From Octopus vulgaris (taxonomy: Eukaryota): DNA of 64,000 nucleotides. How positions within the stretch are numbered: position 1 is the first letter of the stretch; every line of letters begins with the position of its first letter. Below, one piece after another: positions 1 through 11,043 of this stretch. Both the position numbers and the translations under genes were made by a program. Under the pieces are notes generated by a model. That model had not been told where the DNA came from. It made no database searches and saw only the letters and a program-made list of their open reading frames with translations. The stretch is taken from the NCBI GenBank assembly GCA_951406725.2, contig OX597815.1, positions 164,610,001 through 164,674,000 of the forward strand, in the 5' to 3' direction.

Positions 1-104
1 TCGTAGTACAACTTAAATAATTTTCCAATTTACTCTGCTAATTAGTCTTAACATTAATCTTTTTGTTTCCTGATCACCGATTCAACCAGCCAACCAGCCA
101 TTCT

Positions 105-135
105 ACTACTGCTACCACTACTACTTTTGCTGCCT

Positions 136-189
<54 letters not shown>

Positions 190-190
190 T

Positions 191-251
<61 letters not shown>
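105..251 (+). repeat. (CTA)n microsatellite
   Basis: Direct trinucleotide run; source of the homopolymer ORFs here. Confidence 0.97.
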
Positions 252-253
<2 letters not shown>

Positions 254-859
254 CATACATAGATTCAACAATAAAGGTAGTAATTGACATCGGCGATAGA
301 AGGCTACCCAGACAAGGACAAAAGCAACAACTACAACATCAACAGCACAGGAAGCAACTACAACCTGCCAACCAACTCATCCCTCTCGGATCCTGTGGTT
401 AGAGAACATAGCCTAGCTAATGACAAAAACAACAACGATAAAAAGATTTACCATGGCTACAGAAGTAAGGACAAAAGCAATGATCTTGATTTTCATACAC
501 TGAGCCTGTCCACCGAAGAAGATTACTCTTTGACAAGTCTTTCGGCATGCTAGAAAGAGTAATTTCATCTCTTTCAAATCACACCTAACATCGCAGAGGA
601 AGGACAGATCAATTAGTGTAATTTTGCATGCGACTGTCCATGTGAACAGCGCAGGCAATTGGTGCCACTCCTGCACTACATAGGCCGTTGTAACCTCTGT
701 TTCTGTAGGAGGCCTGCGGTACGTTACACAGGGTGAACTTGGCGTCCTAAAGCTTTGGCCGGCAACCAAGTTAGAGCTGGTGTTGTATTTGGGGTAACTC
801 TTTACATGAAAATCTCAAACCCAGTAAAAAATCATTCTCATTGTTTGCAATGATGACAA

Positions 860-3372
860 CAATTTCAAAACCAAATAACAGCATGAACGGGAACACTCCC
901 CTGGATTTCCAAGACACCAAATCTCCCGCATTCGGCAGGGGCCTCTCAGAAGACAATGGAGTAGAAGACCAGGCTCTATCCAGTCGTAGTCTTTTTACTC
1001 GCAAATGAAAATGGTCTGTTGATATGAACAAAAAGGCAATTAAGTGCTATAAACAAACCTTGAAAGATAAGAACAATGACAAATGTAAAATTGTCGGGAA
1101 AAGATCATTACAAATTTTTAACCAGTTGGCTATGCTCCAGATTACTGAAAATGGGCTCATGAATCAGATAAGAATAATTCGAAATAGTGGCTTTCTTAAT
1201 GAGGCTCAGATTCAGACAATCAGGAAAAGCCTCCGCAGTGATGATAACCTCTAGGAAGATAATGCAGGTGAAGATCAGCGAATGCGTAGGAAGATGAAAT
1301 TGTAGTAGAGGAGAGGCCGGCCAACCAATATAATGTATTACGAGAGGATATGGCTGACAAACAGAGAAACCTCAAGATAAGACTCGAGAATATAATAGTT
1401 ACAAGAACGGAGACCAAGCCGGTGAATTTGAGAAGCTTCGAATGTAACATTGTGAAACGCGCGAGCCAAAAGGTTGATGAGGTTCTGAAATACATTCTGA
1501 CAAAAGATCTAACGGAAATGAGGGACTTGATCAGATTCGCTTCGATTTTAGTAGATGAACTGGTTGGAAAGAAAGAGAGAAAAACAGACGGGCAGGAGTC
1601 GTGGTGGAAGCGGAGAACTAAAGGTGATATTAAAATTTTGCGTAAAGATCTGAGTCGCATAGAAGAATGGTCCCAGGGGCAATCGAAAAATGCTAAAAGA
1701 GAGTGCAAGGGAATATCTTGACGCAAAATACCAAATAAAAAAGAAAGGGTTCAAAACTGTTATGGAAACCCTAAAACAACGAGTGCGGACAAAAACATTA
1801 AAGGTGCAACGCTACACTGATCGCATATCGCAGTTCCAGCAAAACCTGTTATTCTCAAATAACCAGAAGCAGTTTGTTAAGAGCTTAGGAGGAGAAACGG
1901 AAGATAATATACCTCCTGAAGCAGAGGAAACCCGCCAATTTTGGAATGACATCTGGGGGAAAGAAGTTTCCCACCATCACAGTGCTGAGTGGATTCATCC
2001 CGTGAGATCCGAACTCCATCACCCGGAGGCTCCATGAGAGGACCATGTGCACATAACAACGGAAGATGTAATTGCACGGGTATCAAAACTGCCGAACTGA
2101 AACAGTAGGACCAGACGGAATACAAGGCAACTGGCTCAAGTGGTTTAGGTCAACAACAAACAATTGCCTACAGAGTGGTGCAGTTCCGTAATGGATTGAA
2201 GAGGGAAAGACATCATTGTTGCTTAAAGATCGGTGAAAGGGCAATGAGGTTGGCAATTACCGACCTATTGCTTGTCTTAAGCCCTTATGAAAAATGTTAA
2301 CAGGCATCTTCGTAGGGAAAATATATATGTTCCTTCCAGTTCTACTTCCAGTAGAACAAAGGAGATGCCGAAAAAGATCCAAGGGCACCAAGGACCACCT
2401 TGTGATAGACAAGGTTCTAATGAAGAACTGTAATTAGTACAAAAAAATTATGCATGGCCTGGATGGACTTTAAAAAGGCTTACGACATGTTGGCGCATTC
2501 CTGGATTTTGGAAACATTCGACATGTGTGGAGTAGCTGAGAACGTGTGTGCACTGATTAAGAACAGCTTGCCTAGTTGGAAAACGTGTGTTTTCTGTAAC
2601 AACCAGCACTTAGCCGAGGTAACAATTAATAGAAGTATCTTTCAGGGAAACTTTTGTTTACCTTTGTTATTTGTTATAGCCTTGATCCCACTTTCTGCAG
2701 TCCTACGTAAAGTCAACGCGCACTATGAATTGAGAAAGAATGGACCTCATCTCAACCACCTTCTCTTCATGGATGATTTAAAACTGTTCGCAAAAACAGA
2801 GCTTGAAATGGAGAGGCTGGTTAAGACTGTACAGACACGACAAGATAGCGCAAAACCTTCACCGGCTACTATGCCAGAAGTATGGATACGAGGTAACGGG
2901 TGCTTGGTACCAAAATACACCAGGAAAGGTAATGAACGAAAAGGGGGGAGGAAAAAATCCTCTGGGACGTTGACTTTCAGACAATGTGTTAGAGTACCGA
3001 AGGCCGGATATAGTAACCTTTAGGAGAGACAAAAAAGAGTACCTAATAATCGACGTGGCAGTACCAGGAGACCAACATGTTATCATGAAAGAAAGAGAAA
3101 AAATTGATAAATATGGAAACCTAAGAATTGAGATCGCTAAGATGTGGCAGCTACGAGAGTCAAACATAAACGTTGTCCCTGTTGTTATCGGAGCATTGGG
3201 CTAAATACCACCCAACCTGAAAAAACATTGAGAAACTTTAGAAACACACTACAATCTTGCAAAAGTCGCCATTGCTTGGAACTGCACGCATATTGCTTAA
3301 AGCACTGTCTGTCTGAGGTCCTTGTTGTGACTTGACAGGCGGTGCAAACCCCCGGTAAACACAATATTTTCA
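860..3372 (+). pseudogene. Degenerate R4/Dong-clade non-LTR retrotransposon, copy 1 (internal deletion near 2835)
   Basis: ORF pieces with RT motifs AWMDFKKAYD, IFQG, LNHLLFMDDLKLFAK and RLE motif RPDIV..IIDVAVP..EKIDKY..VVPVVIGALG; stops and frameshifts; 5' boundary approximate. Confidence 0.9.
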
Positions 3373-4285
3373 ATCAGCAATATCACGATATTGGATACTG
3401 TGCGACAAGAGTTTAACCAAAGAGCTGAGGAGAGGAGAAAAGAAGACCTTGAAATGAGAATGCATGGACAGTTTGAAAGGAATACACAGGACGTTAAGGA
3501 AAATACAGCATCGTGGGCATGGCTTGAGCGAGGTGATTCGAAGCGTACCACCGAAAGCCTGATCATTGCTGCACAAGACCAGGCTCTCGCTACCAATTCA
3601 ATGAAGTATAACATCTATAAAACTACTGACACCCAGAAATGCAAACTCTGAGGAAAAAGTGCGGAAAATGTGATCTACTTGGTAAGTGGGTGTGAGAGCC
3701 TTGCATAAAAAGAATACAAACACCACAACGATAAAGTGTGTGTGTATCTTCATTGGCTCTTATGCTGTAAATACCAATATGAAGTAACAGAGAATTGGTA
3801 TGAGCATGTACCAAGTAAAGTTATGCAGGAGGATGGAAAAGTAACGATATTCTGGGACTATGATTTTCAGACGGATCGTGTAATCAAACACCGTCGGTCG
3901 GATATTGTCATATTGAATAAGAGAGAAAAATACTGTCAGATCATTGATGAGTCATACCAAATGACATGAATGTTGTGAGTAAAGAAGTTGAAAAAAATTA
4001 CCAAGTATTCCGAATTGAAAGTGGAAATGGCAAGACTGTATGGAATGCGAGAGGGTAATGTAAAAGTGGTACCAGTGGTGATCGGAGCGTTGGGCTCAAT
4101 TCCATCGAAACTTCAAAACTTCTGAAGGCAACTGGAAATCCCATGCAAGATTGATGTCTTTCAAAAAGCGGCCTTATTGGTCGCATCGCACATCCTAAGG
4201 AAAATATGTCTGGGGTTCTTGTTGTGACTTGACAGATGACTAAAGACTCCGATGCATTTTTACCTACACTGTATTAAGAAGGAAA

Positions 4286-4286
<1 letters not shown>
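3373..4286 (+). pseudogene. 5'-truncated R4/Dong element, copy 2 (C-terminal zinc knuckle/RLE region and 3' UTR)
   Basis: MHGQF..TESLIIAAQDQAL..CKL, WDYDFQTDRVIKHRRSDIV, VVPVVIGALG; ends at a (TAA)n tract. Confidence 0.9.

Positions 4287-4350
<64 letters not shown>
4287..4350 (+). repeat. (TAA)n tract between Dong elements (target/tail)
   Basis: Pure TAA run separating copy 2 from copy 3. Confidence 0.97.
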
Positions 4351-4353
4351 GGC

Positions 4354-4437
4354 AGAAGGCGGCTGGACGTGACAAGAAGGCGGCTGGACGTGACAGAAGG
4401 CGGCTGGACGTGACAAGAAGGCGGCTGGACGTGACAG
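4354..4437 (+). repeat. Four tandem copies of GAAGGCGGCTGGACGTGACA(A) at the presumed 5' end of copy 3
   Basis: Read directly; begins a few bases after the (TAA)n tract. Confidence 0.92.
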
Positions 4438-5351
4438 AGGATGGACGTATTTTTACGATGCTCTGAACTGGCAACAGCGAACCCAGCAGGTCAACTGTAG
4501 AAAACTGGAAGATCTACTGTTTACTGTAAGTAATTTGAATTACCCTCAAAATAAGCAAAAAAAAACTTACATATCTACAGCTCATACAAACGTACACCTA
4601 ACAAGAAAAATTAGAAACATAAATATCTCCAATTCTGTGTGAACATTTACATTTAGTCGTCTCTCATGACTATAAGAATGTGTAAAATTGCCTTTTAAAT
4701 TACCTTTTATTGTAACAACACAATTAAATGCACGATAAAAAGTTATGGAATTAAGCACCTACTACTATATACATACAACTGAATTCAGAAATTTAAAAAT
4801 ATATACATAACATTGAACTCAGAAAGTTATTTAAAAAAAGAAAAAAAAATCTTCGACGAAAACATCAGATAATATGTGTGAGTGAATATACATATATATA
4901 CATATACATATGCATGTGGTGAAGAAGAAAAGAGAAAGGAAAAAAAAAAAAATAATAATAATAATAAATAAATAAATAAATAAACGTAAACAGGTTTGAC
5001 CTTTTACTGACCATTAACGTCCTTTGTCTCCATCTACCGTGGCTATTTATAGACCCAAAGAACATGAATTCTTTAACCACCCATTCTCCAACACAATGGA
5101 GTGTTGATGGTGGCTGTGGCTACACATAAAACAATGTCATTGAAGATGATGATGGTGATGGTGATGTTGCTGATGATGGTGATGGTGGTGAAGATGATAG
5201 TAATAACAATAATAACTGACAGATCCCGTCTTTTTCCCTTTCTTTTCGTTTCCTTCTCCGTATTTTATTCTCATTATTTCGAACTAATACAGACACAGTA
5301 AGCCTTGAAGAAAGGAAGAGGAGGAAAGGAAAAAAAAAAAAAAAAAAAAAA

Positions 5352-8300
5352 ATGTCCGGAGATAAAACTATCAACAAAAAAAATACAGACGAATATAGAT
5401 CTGCTAGTCTTAAGAAGCGGCGCTATGAGCAATGCTTACAAGTAGTGAACCCTAAACTGACAGATCCATCTCCTAATATAAGAATGGATGCTCGTCATGC
5501 TTCAAGGTCAACAAATCAAACAATAAACCGCATTGGTCATTGCGCGGATTACAAAAGACCACGTACCCGAAAATTGAACCAAATCCTGATTGAAAAATCA
5601 GTTACTGGATCAAATCTTCCCAACACACAGGAGCTGGACGAACCCCACAACCGGAATATTCCAACAGATGGCCATCCATGCTCATCACCAAATAATCAAA
5701 AGAAAAAGAAGGAAAAATGGTCTAGGGAAGATAATAAAGAAGTTCTTGAGGCCTTCTACCATGCCATATATTTCCCCACAGATAAGTCTAGCACTGTACA
5801 AGCATACTTAAACTGGAGACAGAAACACCCTGAAGTAAGACCCTACATAGACAGTAACAAGCTTGCCAATGTTAGAAGAAACATTATAAAAAAGAAATTA
5901 CTGACTGAAGTAGAGATTGATCAGGTTAGACAAGCAATATCGGATAAAATGAACGAAGCTGCAGCTAGAGAAGATAATACAGAGGAAATGATTATAGACC
6001 AGCCCAGGGCGGATAAAAACGAAGAGAGGATTGAAAGAGTTAGTATAAGTGATAGGCAAAGTGAAATACGCCCTGAACCAATCATAAACACTAAGACAGA
6101 TGAGCATCAAATAGATAAAGAAAGTCACACAAATATTGACCCAACAGAACTACATGAGCTAAAAAATCAAATCATGATTGAATGGCTGAAAATTAAAGAA
6201 ACCAGCATGGATGAGCGTGATACACTTCCTAAAATCCGCAACTCTAACCAAAACATGAAAATAATTGGTAAAATCCGGCTTGCACTTAAGGATATAATTT
6301 CAGTTAATGATGTTGATATCACAAACCTCAACCACCTATACTATGCATCCGCGAAAATCTCAACGATCCTATGTGGTGTAAAGATTAGAAAACGGCAACA
6401 GTCCCACAAAAAGCCTTCTTGGCAAGAGCGTCTGCAACAACAAATTAAAATATTTAGATCTGACATTGAATATTTGAAAAACCTTAAGGCTCACAAGATT
6501 ACCAAACCTACAAAAACCCAAAAATTACTGAAAAAATACAATATGAAAACTATACTTGATATTGATGCCACCATAGAAACCATCAAACAAAAGGTATCTG
6601 CCAAAGCTGCCCGCATAGCGAGGTATGAAAAGCGTGTTAGATTTTTCAAGGACAACAACATGTTCAAAAATAACACCAAGAATTTTTACAGGAAGATAGG
6701 AAAAACAGCGTTTACTGCAGGGTCTGTACCATCAAAAGAAGAAGTGCAGAGATTTTGGAATAAAATCTGGGCAGAAGAAAAAACACACAACGAAAAGGCC
6801 CCCTGGATTGACAGAATATCTACAGAACTGGACCCCTTAGAAGAGCAAAAGTGGGAGGGTGTCAAGGTAGAAGATATAAGATCTGCTCTCAGGAGGTCAA
6901 GCAAATGGAAGTCTCCAGGAAAGGATAAAATTCCTAACTTCTGGCTGAATGCCTTCCCAGAGAGCCATGAACTGCTAACAGAACTGTACAATGATGTTTT
7001 GCAACACCCTAGTAGGATGCCTCCTTGGCTAGTTAATGGGTTAACATTCCTGCTTCCAAAAAGTGAAGAAACAAATGAACCAAAAAACTATAGACCCATA
7101 ACTTGCTTAACAACTATGTACAAAACACTAACATCTGTCCTGACGGAATATACCTATAGTTTTTTAACAGACAGCAGCATATTCCCTAATGAACAGAAAG
7201 GATGTAAACGTGGATCCTACGGCTGTAAAGACCAACTACTCATCAATAAGATGATCTTAGAAGATTGTCACAAACGACACAAAAACTTATCAATAGCCTG
7301 GATAGACTATAAAAAGGCTTTTGATAGCCTACCACATAGCTGGATTAGAAAATGCCTTGAAATGTATAAGATAGCACCAACTCTGCGAAACTTCTTGACT
7401 GTAAGTATGAGATCATGGAGAACCACACTAACTCTGAACAGTGACAGTGAATTCCTAAATGCTGGTGATGTAAAAATTTCGTGTGGCATTTTCCAGGGTG
7501 ACTCACTGTCACCACTCCTCTTTTGTTTATCCTTAATACCTCTCTCAAAGCTGCTCAATGACGCGCAGTACGGGTATAAAATGTTTGATAAAAATATAAA
7601 TCATCTCGTTTACATGGATGATTTAAAGCTTTTTGCAAAAAATGATCAACAACTCAAGGGCTTACTAGCGATAGTCAAACAATTCAGTGACGACATCAGA
7701 ATGCAATTCGGCCTCGATAAATGTGCAAAGGCTACCTTTATCAAAGGAAAAATGACAGAAACATCTAACGTTAACCTTGACCAACAGAATGTCATAAAAG
7801 AACTAGACCCAGCGGAGAGCTACAAGTACCTAGGGATAATTGAAGGGAACGGAATAAGGCATTCAGAGATGAAGGAAAGGATCAGGAGAGAATGCTATCG
7901 AAGAGTGAGAGCAATACTCAAGACAGAGCTGAATGCAAGAAACAGGATCGAAGCAATCAATGCATTAGCTATACCAGTCGTGACTTACAGTTTCAATATT
8001 GTTAACTGGTCAATTACTGAAATATGTCAGCTCGACAGAAAAATAAGGAAACTGTTGACAATGCATAGAATGCACCACCCTAAGGCAGATACAGAACGAC
8101 TCTATCTGCCAAGAAAAGAGGGAGGCCGTGGTCTTTTGCAACTGGCAATAACAATGAAGATTGCTACAATTGGCCTAGACACCTACCTGAAAAACTCTGA
8201 GGACTGGATGCTAAAACTTGTCTCAAAACATGAAAACAAGAAAGCATCATACTCAGTCACAAAACAGGCAAAGGAATATCTAAGTGAATTCCGAATACAA

Positions 8301-9164
8301 CCAATTTCGGAGATAGATATACAAGAAACAAGCACAGAAAAAGCTAGGCGCATGAAAACCCGTGCCAAAACTGCGGCCTTAGATATTCTGAATAATAAAT
8401 GGCAAGAAAAACCTCTCTATGGCAAATACCCAAAGAGAGCGAATAATGCAGATATCGACAAAGCCCTGACCCATCAATGGCTAATGGCCTCTGGCTTAAA
8501 ATCTGAAACAGAGGGGTTTATCATAGCAGCTCAAGATCAATGCCTACCAACAAGAAACTACCAGGCCAACATATTAAAAATCAGAAGCAGTCCAACGTGT
8601 CGTGTATGCAAGCAACAAAATGAAACCATTGACCATGTGGTCTCCAAGTGCAGTCTTCTAGCGCCTACAGAGTATCTCAACAGGCACGATAGAGCTGCAC
8701 AATATATTCACTGGGTAATCTGTAAAAACCTGGATTTGCCCCATGAAAAAAACTGGTGGGAACACAAACCACCCCCAGTGCTTGAAAATGACCACATCTC
8801 ACTCCTCTGGAACTTCACCATTCAAACTGACAGGAAGATAGATGCAAATAGGCCAGACATCATATTGAAAAACTTCAAACAAAGAACATGCCTCCTCATT
8901 GATATGACTGTCCCAATCGATATAAACGTATCTGTCAAGACCTACCAAAAACTGAGCAAATATAAAGATCTTGAAATAGAAATCAGCAAAATGTGGAAGC
9001 TGAAGACTAAAACAATACCTGTTGTCATAGGTGCCCTGGGAATGATAGCAAAAGGGGCTGATAGCTACCTAACTCAGATACCAGGAAACCCAAAAATGGC
9101 AGAAGTTCAAAAGATAGTGCTCATGGGAACTGCTCATATCCTACGCAAAATACTCTCTATGTAA
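5352..9164 (+). CDS. R4/Dong retrotransposon polyprotein: N-terminal DNA-binding-like region, reverse transcriptase, CCHC knuckle, restriction-like endonuclease (1270 aa)
   Basis: Uninterrupted ORF: KSPGKDKI, NYRPITCL, AWIDYKKAFDS, GIFQGDSLSP, YMDD (7611), YKYLG, CRVC..ETIDHVVSKC, RHD, RPDII..LIDMTVP, KLSKYKDL. Confidence 0.96.
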   Translation: MSGDKTINKKNTDEYRSASLKKRRYEQCLQVVNPKLTDPSPNIRMDARHASRSTNQTINRIGHCADYKRPRTRKLNQILIEKSVTGSNLPNTQELDEPHNRNIPTDGHPCSSPNNQKKKKEKWSREDNKEVLEAFYHAIYFPTDKSSTVQAYLNWRQKHPEVRPYIDSNKLANVRRNIIKKKLLTEVEIDQVRQAISDKMNEAAAREDNTEEMIIDQPRADKNEERIERVSISDRQSEIRPEPIINTKTDEHQIDKESHTNIDPTELHELKNQIMIEWLKIKETSMDERDTLPKIRNSNQNMKIIGKIRLALKDIISVNDVDITNLNHLYYASAKISTILCGVKIRKRQQSHKKPSWQERLQQQIKIFRSDIEYLKNLKAHKITKPTKTQKLLKKYNMKTILDIDATIETIKQKVSAKAARIARYEKRVRFFKDNNMFKNNTKNFYRKIGKTAFTAGSVPSKEEVQRFWNKIWAEEKTHNEKAPWIDRISTELDPLEEQKWEGVKVEDIRSALRRSSKWKSPGKDKIPNFWLNAFPESHELLTELYNDVLQHPSRMPPWLVNGLTFLLPKSEETNEPKNYRPITCLTTMYKTLTSVLTEYTYSFLTDSSIFPNEQKGCKRGSYGCKDQLLINKMILEDCHKRHKNLSIAWIDYKKAFDSLPHSWIRKCLEMYKIAPTLRNFLTVSMRSWRTTLTLNSDSEFLNAGDVKISCGIFQGDSLSPLLFCLSLIPLSKLLNDAQYGYKMFDKNINHLVYMDDLKLFAKNDQQLKGLLAIVKQFSDDIRMQFGLDKCAKATFIKGKMTETSNVNLDQQNVIKELDPAESYKYLGIIEGNGIRHSEMKERIRRECYRRVRAILKTELNARNRIEAINALAIPVVTYSFNIVNWSITEICQLDRKIRKLLTMHRMHHPKADTERLYLPRKEGGRGLLQLAITMKIATIGLDTYLKNSEDWMLKLVSKHENKKASYSVTKQAKEYLSEFRIQPISEIDIQETSTEKARRMKTRAKTAALDILNNKWQEKPLYGKYPKRANNADIDKALTHQWLMASGLKSETEGFIIAAQDQCLPTRNYQANILKIRSSPTCRVCKQQNETIDHVVSKCSLLAPTEYLNRHDRAAQYIHWVICKNLDLPHEKNWWEHKPPPVLENDHISLLWNFTIQTDRKIDANRPDIILKNFKQRTCLLIDMTVPIDINVSVKTYQKLSKYKDLEIEISKMWKLKTKTIPVVIGALGMIAKGADSYLTQIPGNPKMAEVQKIVLMGTAHILRKILSM

Positions 9165-9390
9165 TCTCAAGGTTTAAAACAAACATAATTTTCGGTTTAA
9201 AAAAAAAAAAAAAAAAAAAAAAACTTTTTTTTTTTTTTTTTAGACATTCATTAGTACAACATCCCCACCCCCCAAATATATGGCACACTAGGCATAACAA
9301 CAACATGAACTTCCAACCCTGTTGTCTCTTGAGGTCTCTGGGTGAGACTTGGAGCCAACTTGTACAAATATAAAGCAAAAGTCAAACATA

Positions 9391-9391
<1 letters not shown>

Positions 9392-9477
<86 letters not shown>
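9392..9477 (+). repeat. (TAA)n tract
   Basis: Direct. Confidence 0.97.
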
Positions 9478-9480
<3 letters not shown>

Positions 9481-10990
9481 CAAATATTTAGGGATAAATG
9501 AAGGCTCTGGTATTCAGCATGCAAGCATGAAAGAGAAAATCAGGAAGGAATGTTATAGGAGAGTTCGTGCAGTCCTGAAATCTGAACTAAATGCACGTAA
9601 CAAGGTGTTAGCTATAAATTCCCTAGCAGTTCCAGTTGTTACTTATAGCTACAATGTGTTGAACTGGAATATGAGTGAAGTAAAGAATATAGATAGAAAA
9701 ATACGCAAGCTGCTGAGTTGTAATAGGATGCACCACCCAAAGGCAGACGTAGATCGCCTTTACCTTCTCAGAGCCCAAGGAGGTCGAGGCCTGATCCAAT
9801 TTGAACTAGCTTACAAAACAACCACAATTGGACTGGCCAAATATCTAGACATATCGAATGACTGGATGCTAAAGCTCGTGGAAAATCACGAGAGACGAAA
9901 GAAGCTTCATTCTATCATCAAGGAAAGCAAAAAATTTGCTATTGATCTCGTGCAGGATACCCAAACTGAACAACCTGAGGGAAGTACGGCAACTATTGTT
10001 GCAAAGAAGGTGAAAATGATGGCAATGAAAAAGCGCACGAGCAATTGGCTGATAGGTGGGAGGAGAAACCTCTGCACGGCAAATATGTGACCCGCAGCAA
10101 ACAAGCTGATGTTGACCAGAAGCAAACCCATCAGTGGCTGCGGAGCTCAGGGCTAAAAGCAGAGAGCGAAGGTTTCATCCTGGCTGCTCAAGACCAAAGC
10201 CTATCAACCCGGAACTACCAGGCCAATGTGATGAAAATGGAGCAGACCCAAAATGCCGATTCTGCAACGACATGATTGAAACAGTGGACCACCTAATCTC
10301 TGGATGTAAAGTCTTAGCACCAGTGGAGTATAAATTAAGACATGACAGAGTTGGCCAATATCTCCGCTGGCTAATAAGTCGGCATTACAATATCAAAACT
10401 GCCGACAAGTGGTATAATCACCACCCTGAGGCTGTAACTGAAGGAGAAAATGCAACCATTCTGTGGGACTTTCCAGTACATACAGACCGAACCATCAAGG
10501 CCAATAAACCAGATATTGTTGTGAAAGACCAAAACAATAAAGTTTGCTTATTGATCGACATGAGCATCCCCTGTGATCATAATATCTCAGCGAAAGAGTT
10601 TGACAAGCTCAGAAAATATAAAGACCTACTCATTGAAATTGAGAAAATGTGGCATCTCAAGGCGGTTACAATACCAGTGATCGTAGGAGCACTAGGAATG
10701 ATCAAGAAGGGAACCGAAAATTATATGAGAATGATCTCTGGCTTACCATCCCTGCAAGTAGTGCAAAAGATTGTCTTAACTGGTACATCACACGTATTGA
10801 GAAGAGCATTGTCGATGTGAGAACTGTTGCTGCTCATGCATTTTAATTTAACTTAAAAAAAAAAAAAATGAGCGGACTACTGAGTTTGGTTTAATGGCCT
10901 ACCAATATACACTATGAGTTTCTTTGCCCTAGGAGTCGGGAAGACACTCGGCAAGAAATGGAAGAAAATTTGAAAGAAGAAAAAAAAAAG
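9478..10990 (+). pseudogene. 5'-truncated R4/Dong element, copy 4 (starts at YKYLG; frameshifted)
   Basis: ORFs 9527-10090, 10045-10275 and 10134-10820 are collinear with the copy 3 C-terminus (MHHPKADVDRLYL, CRFC..ETVDHLISGC, RHD, KPDIV..LIDMSIP). Confidence 0.93.
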
Positions 10991-11043
10991 TAATAATAAT
11001 AATAATAATAATAATAATGATGATGATGATGATGATGATAATA
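10991..11043 (+). repeat. (TAA)n/(TGA)n tract
   Basis: Direct. Confidence 0.95.

Larger units (their letters stand above)
4351..9391 (+). mobile_element. Full-length R4/Dong-clade non-LTR retrotransposon, copy 3, flanked by (TAA)n on both sides
   Basis: ~1-kb putative 5' UTR starting with a 20-21-bp tandem repeat, single intact ORF, ~230-bp 3' UTR; TAA runs at 4287-4350 and 9392-9477. Dong elements are known to target (TAA)n. Confidence 0.9.

Noticed and set aside
54-402. Poly-S/T/L/V ORFs and the many YIYI/THTH/VCVC ORFs across the window
   Set aside because: Translations of microsatellites.
4351-4500. HDV-like ribozyme at the 5' end of the Dong element
   Set aside because: I could not build the nested double pseudoknot by eye; a covariance-model search would be needed.
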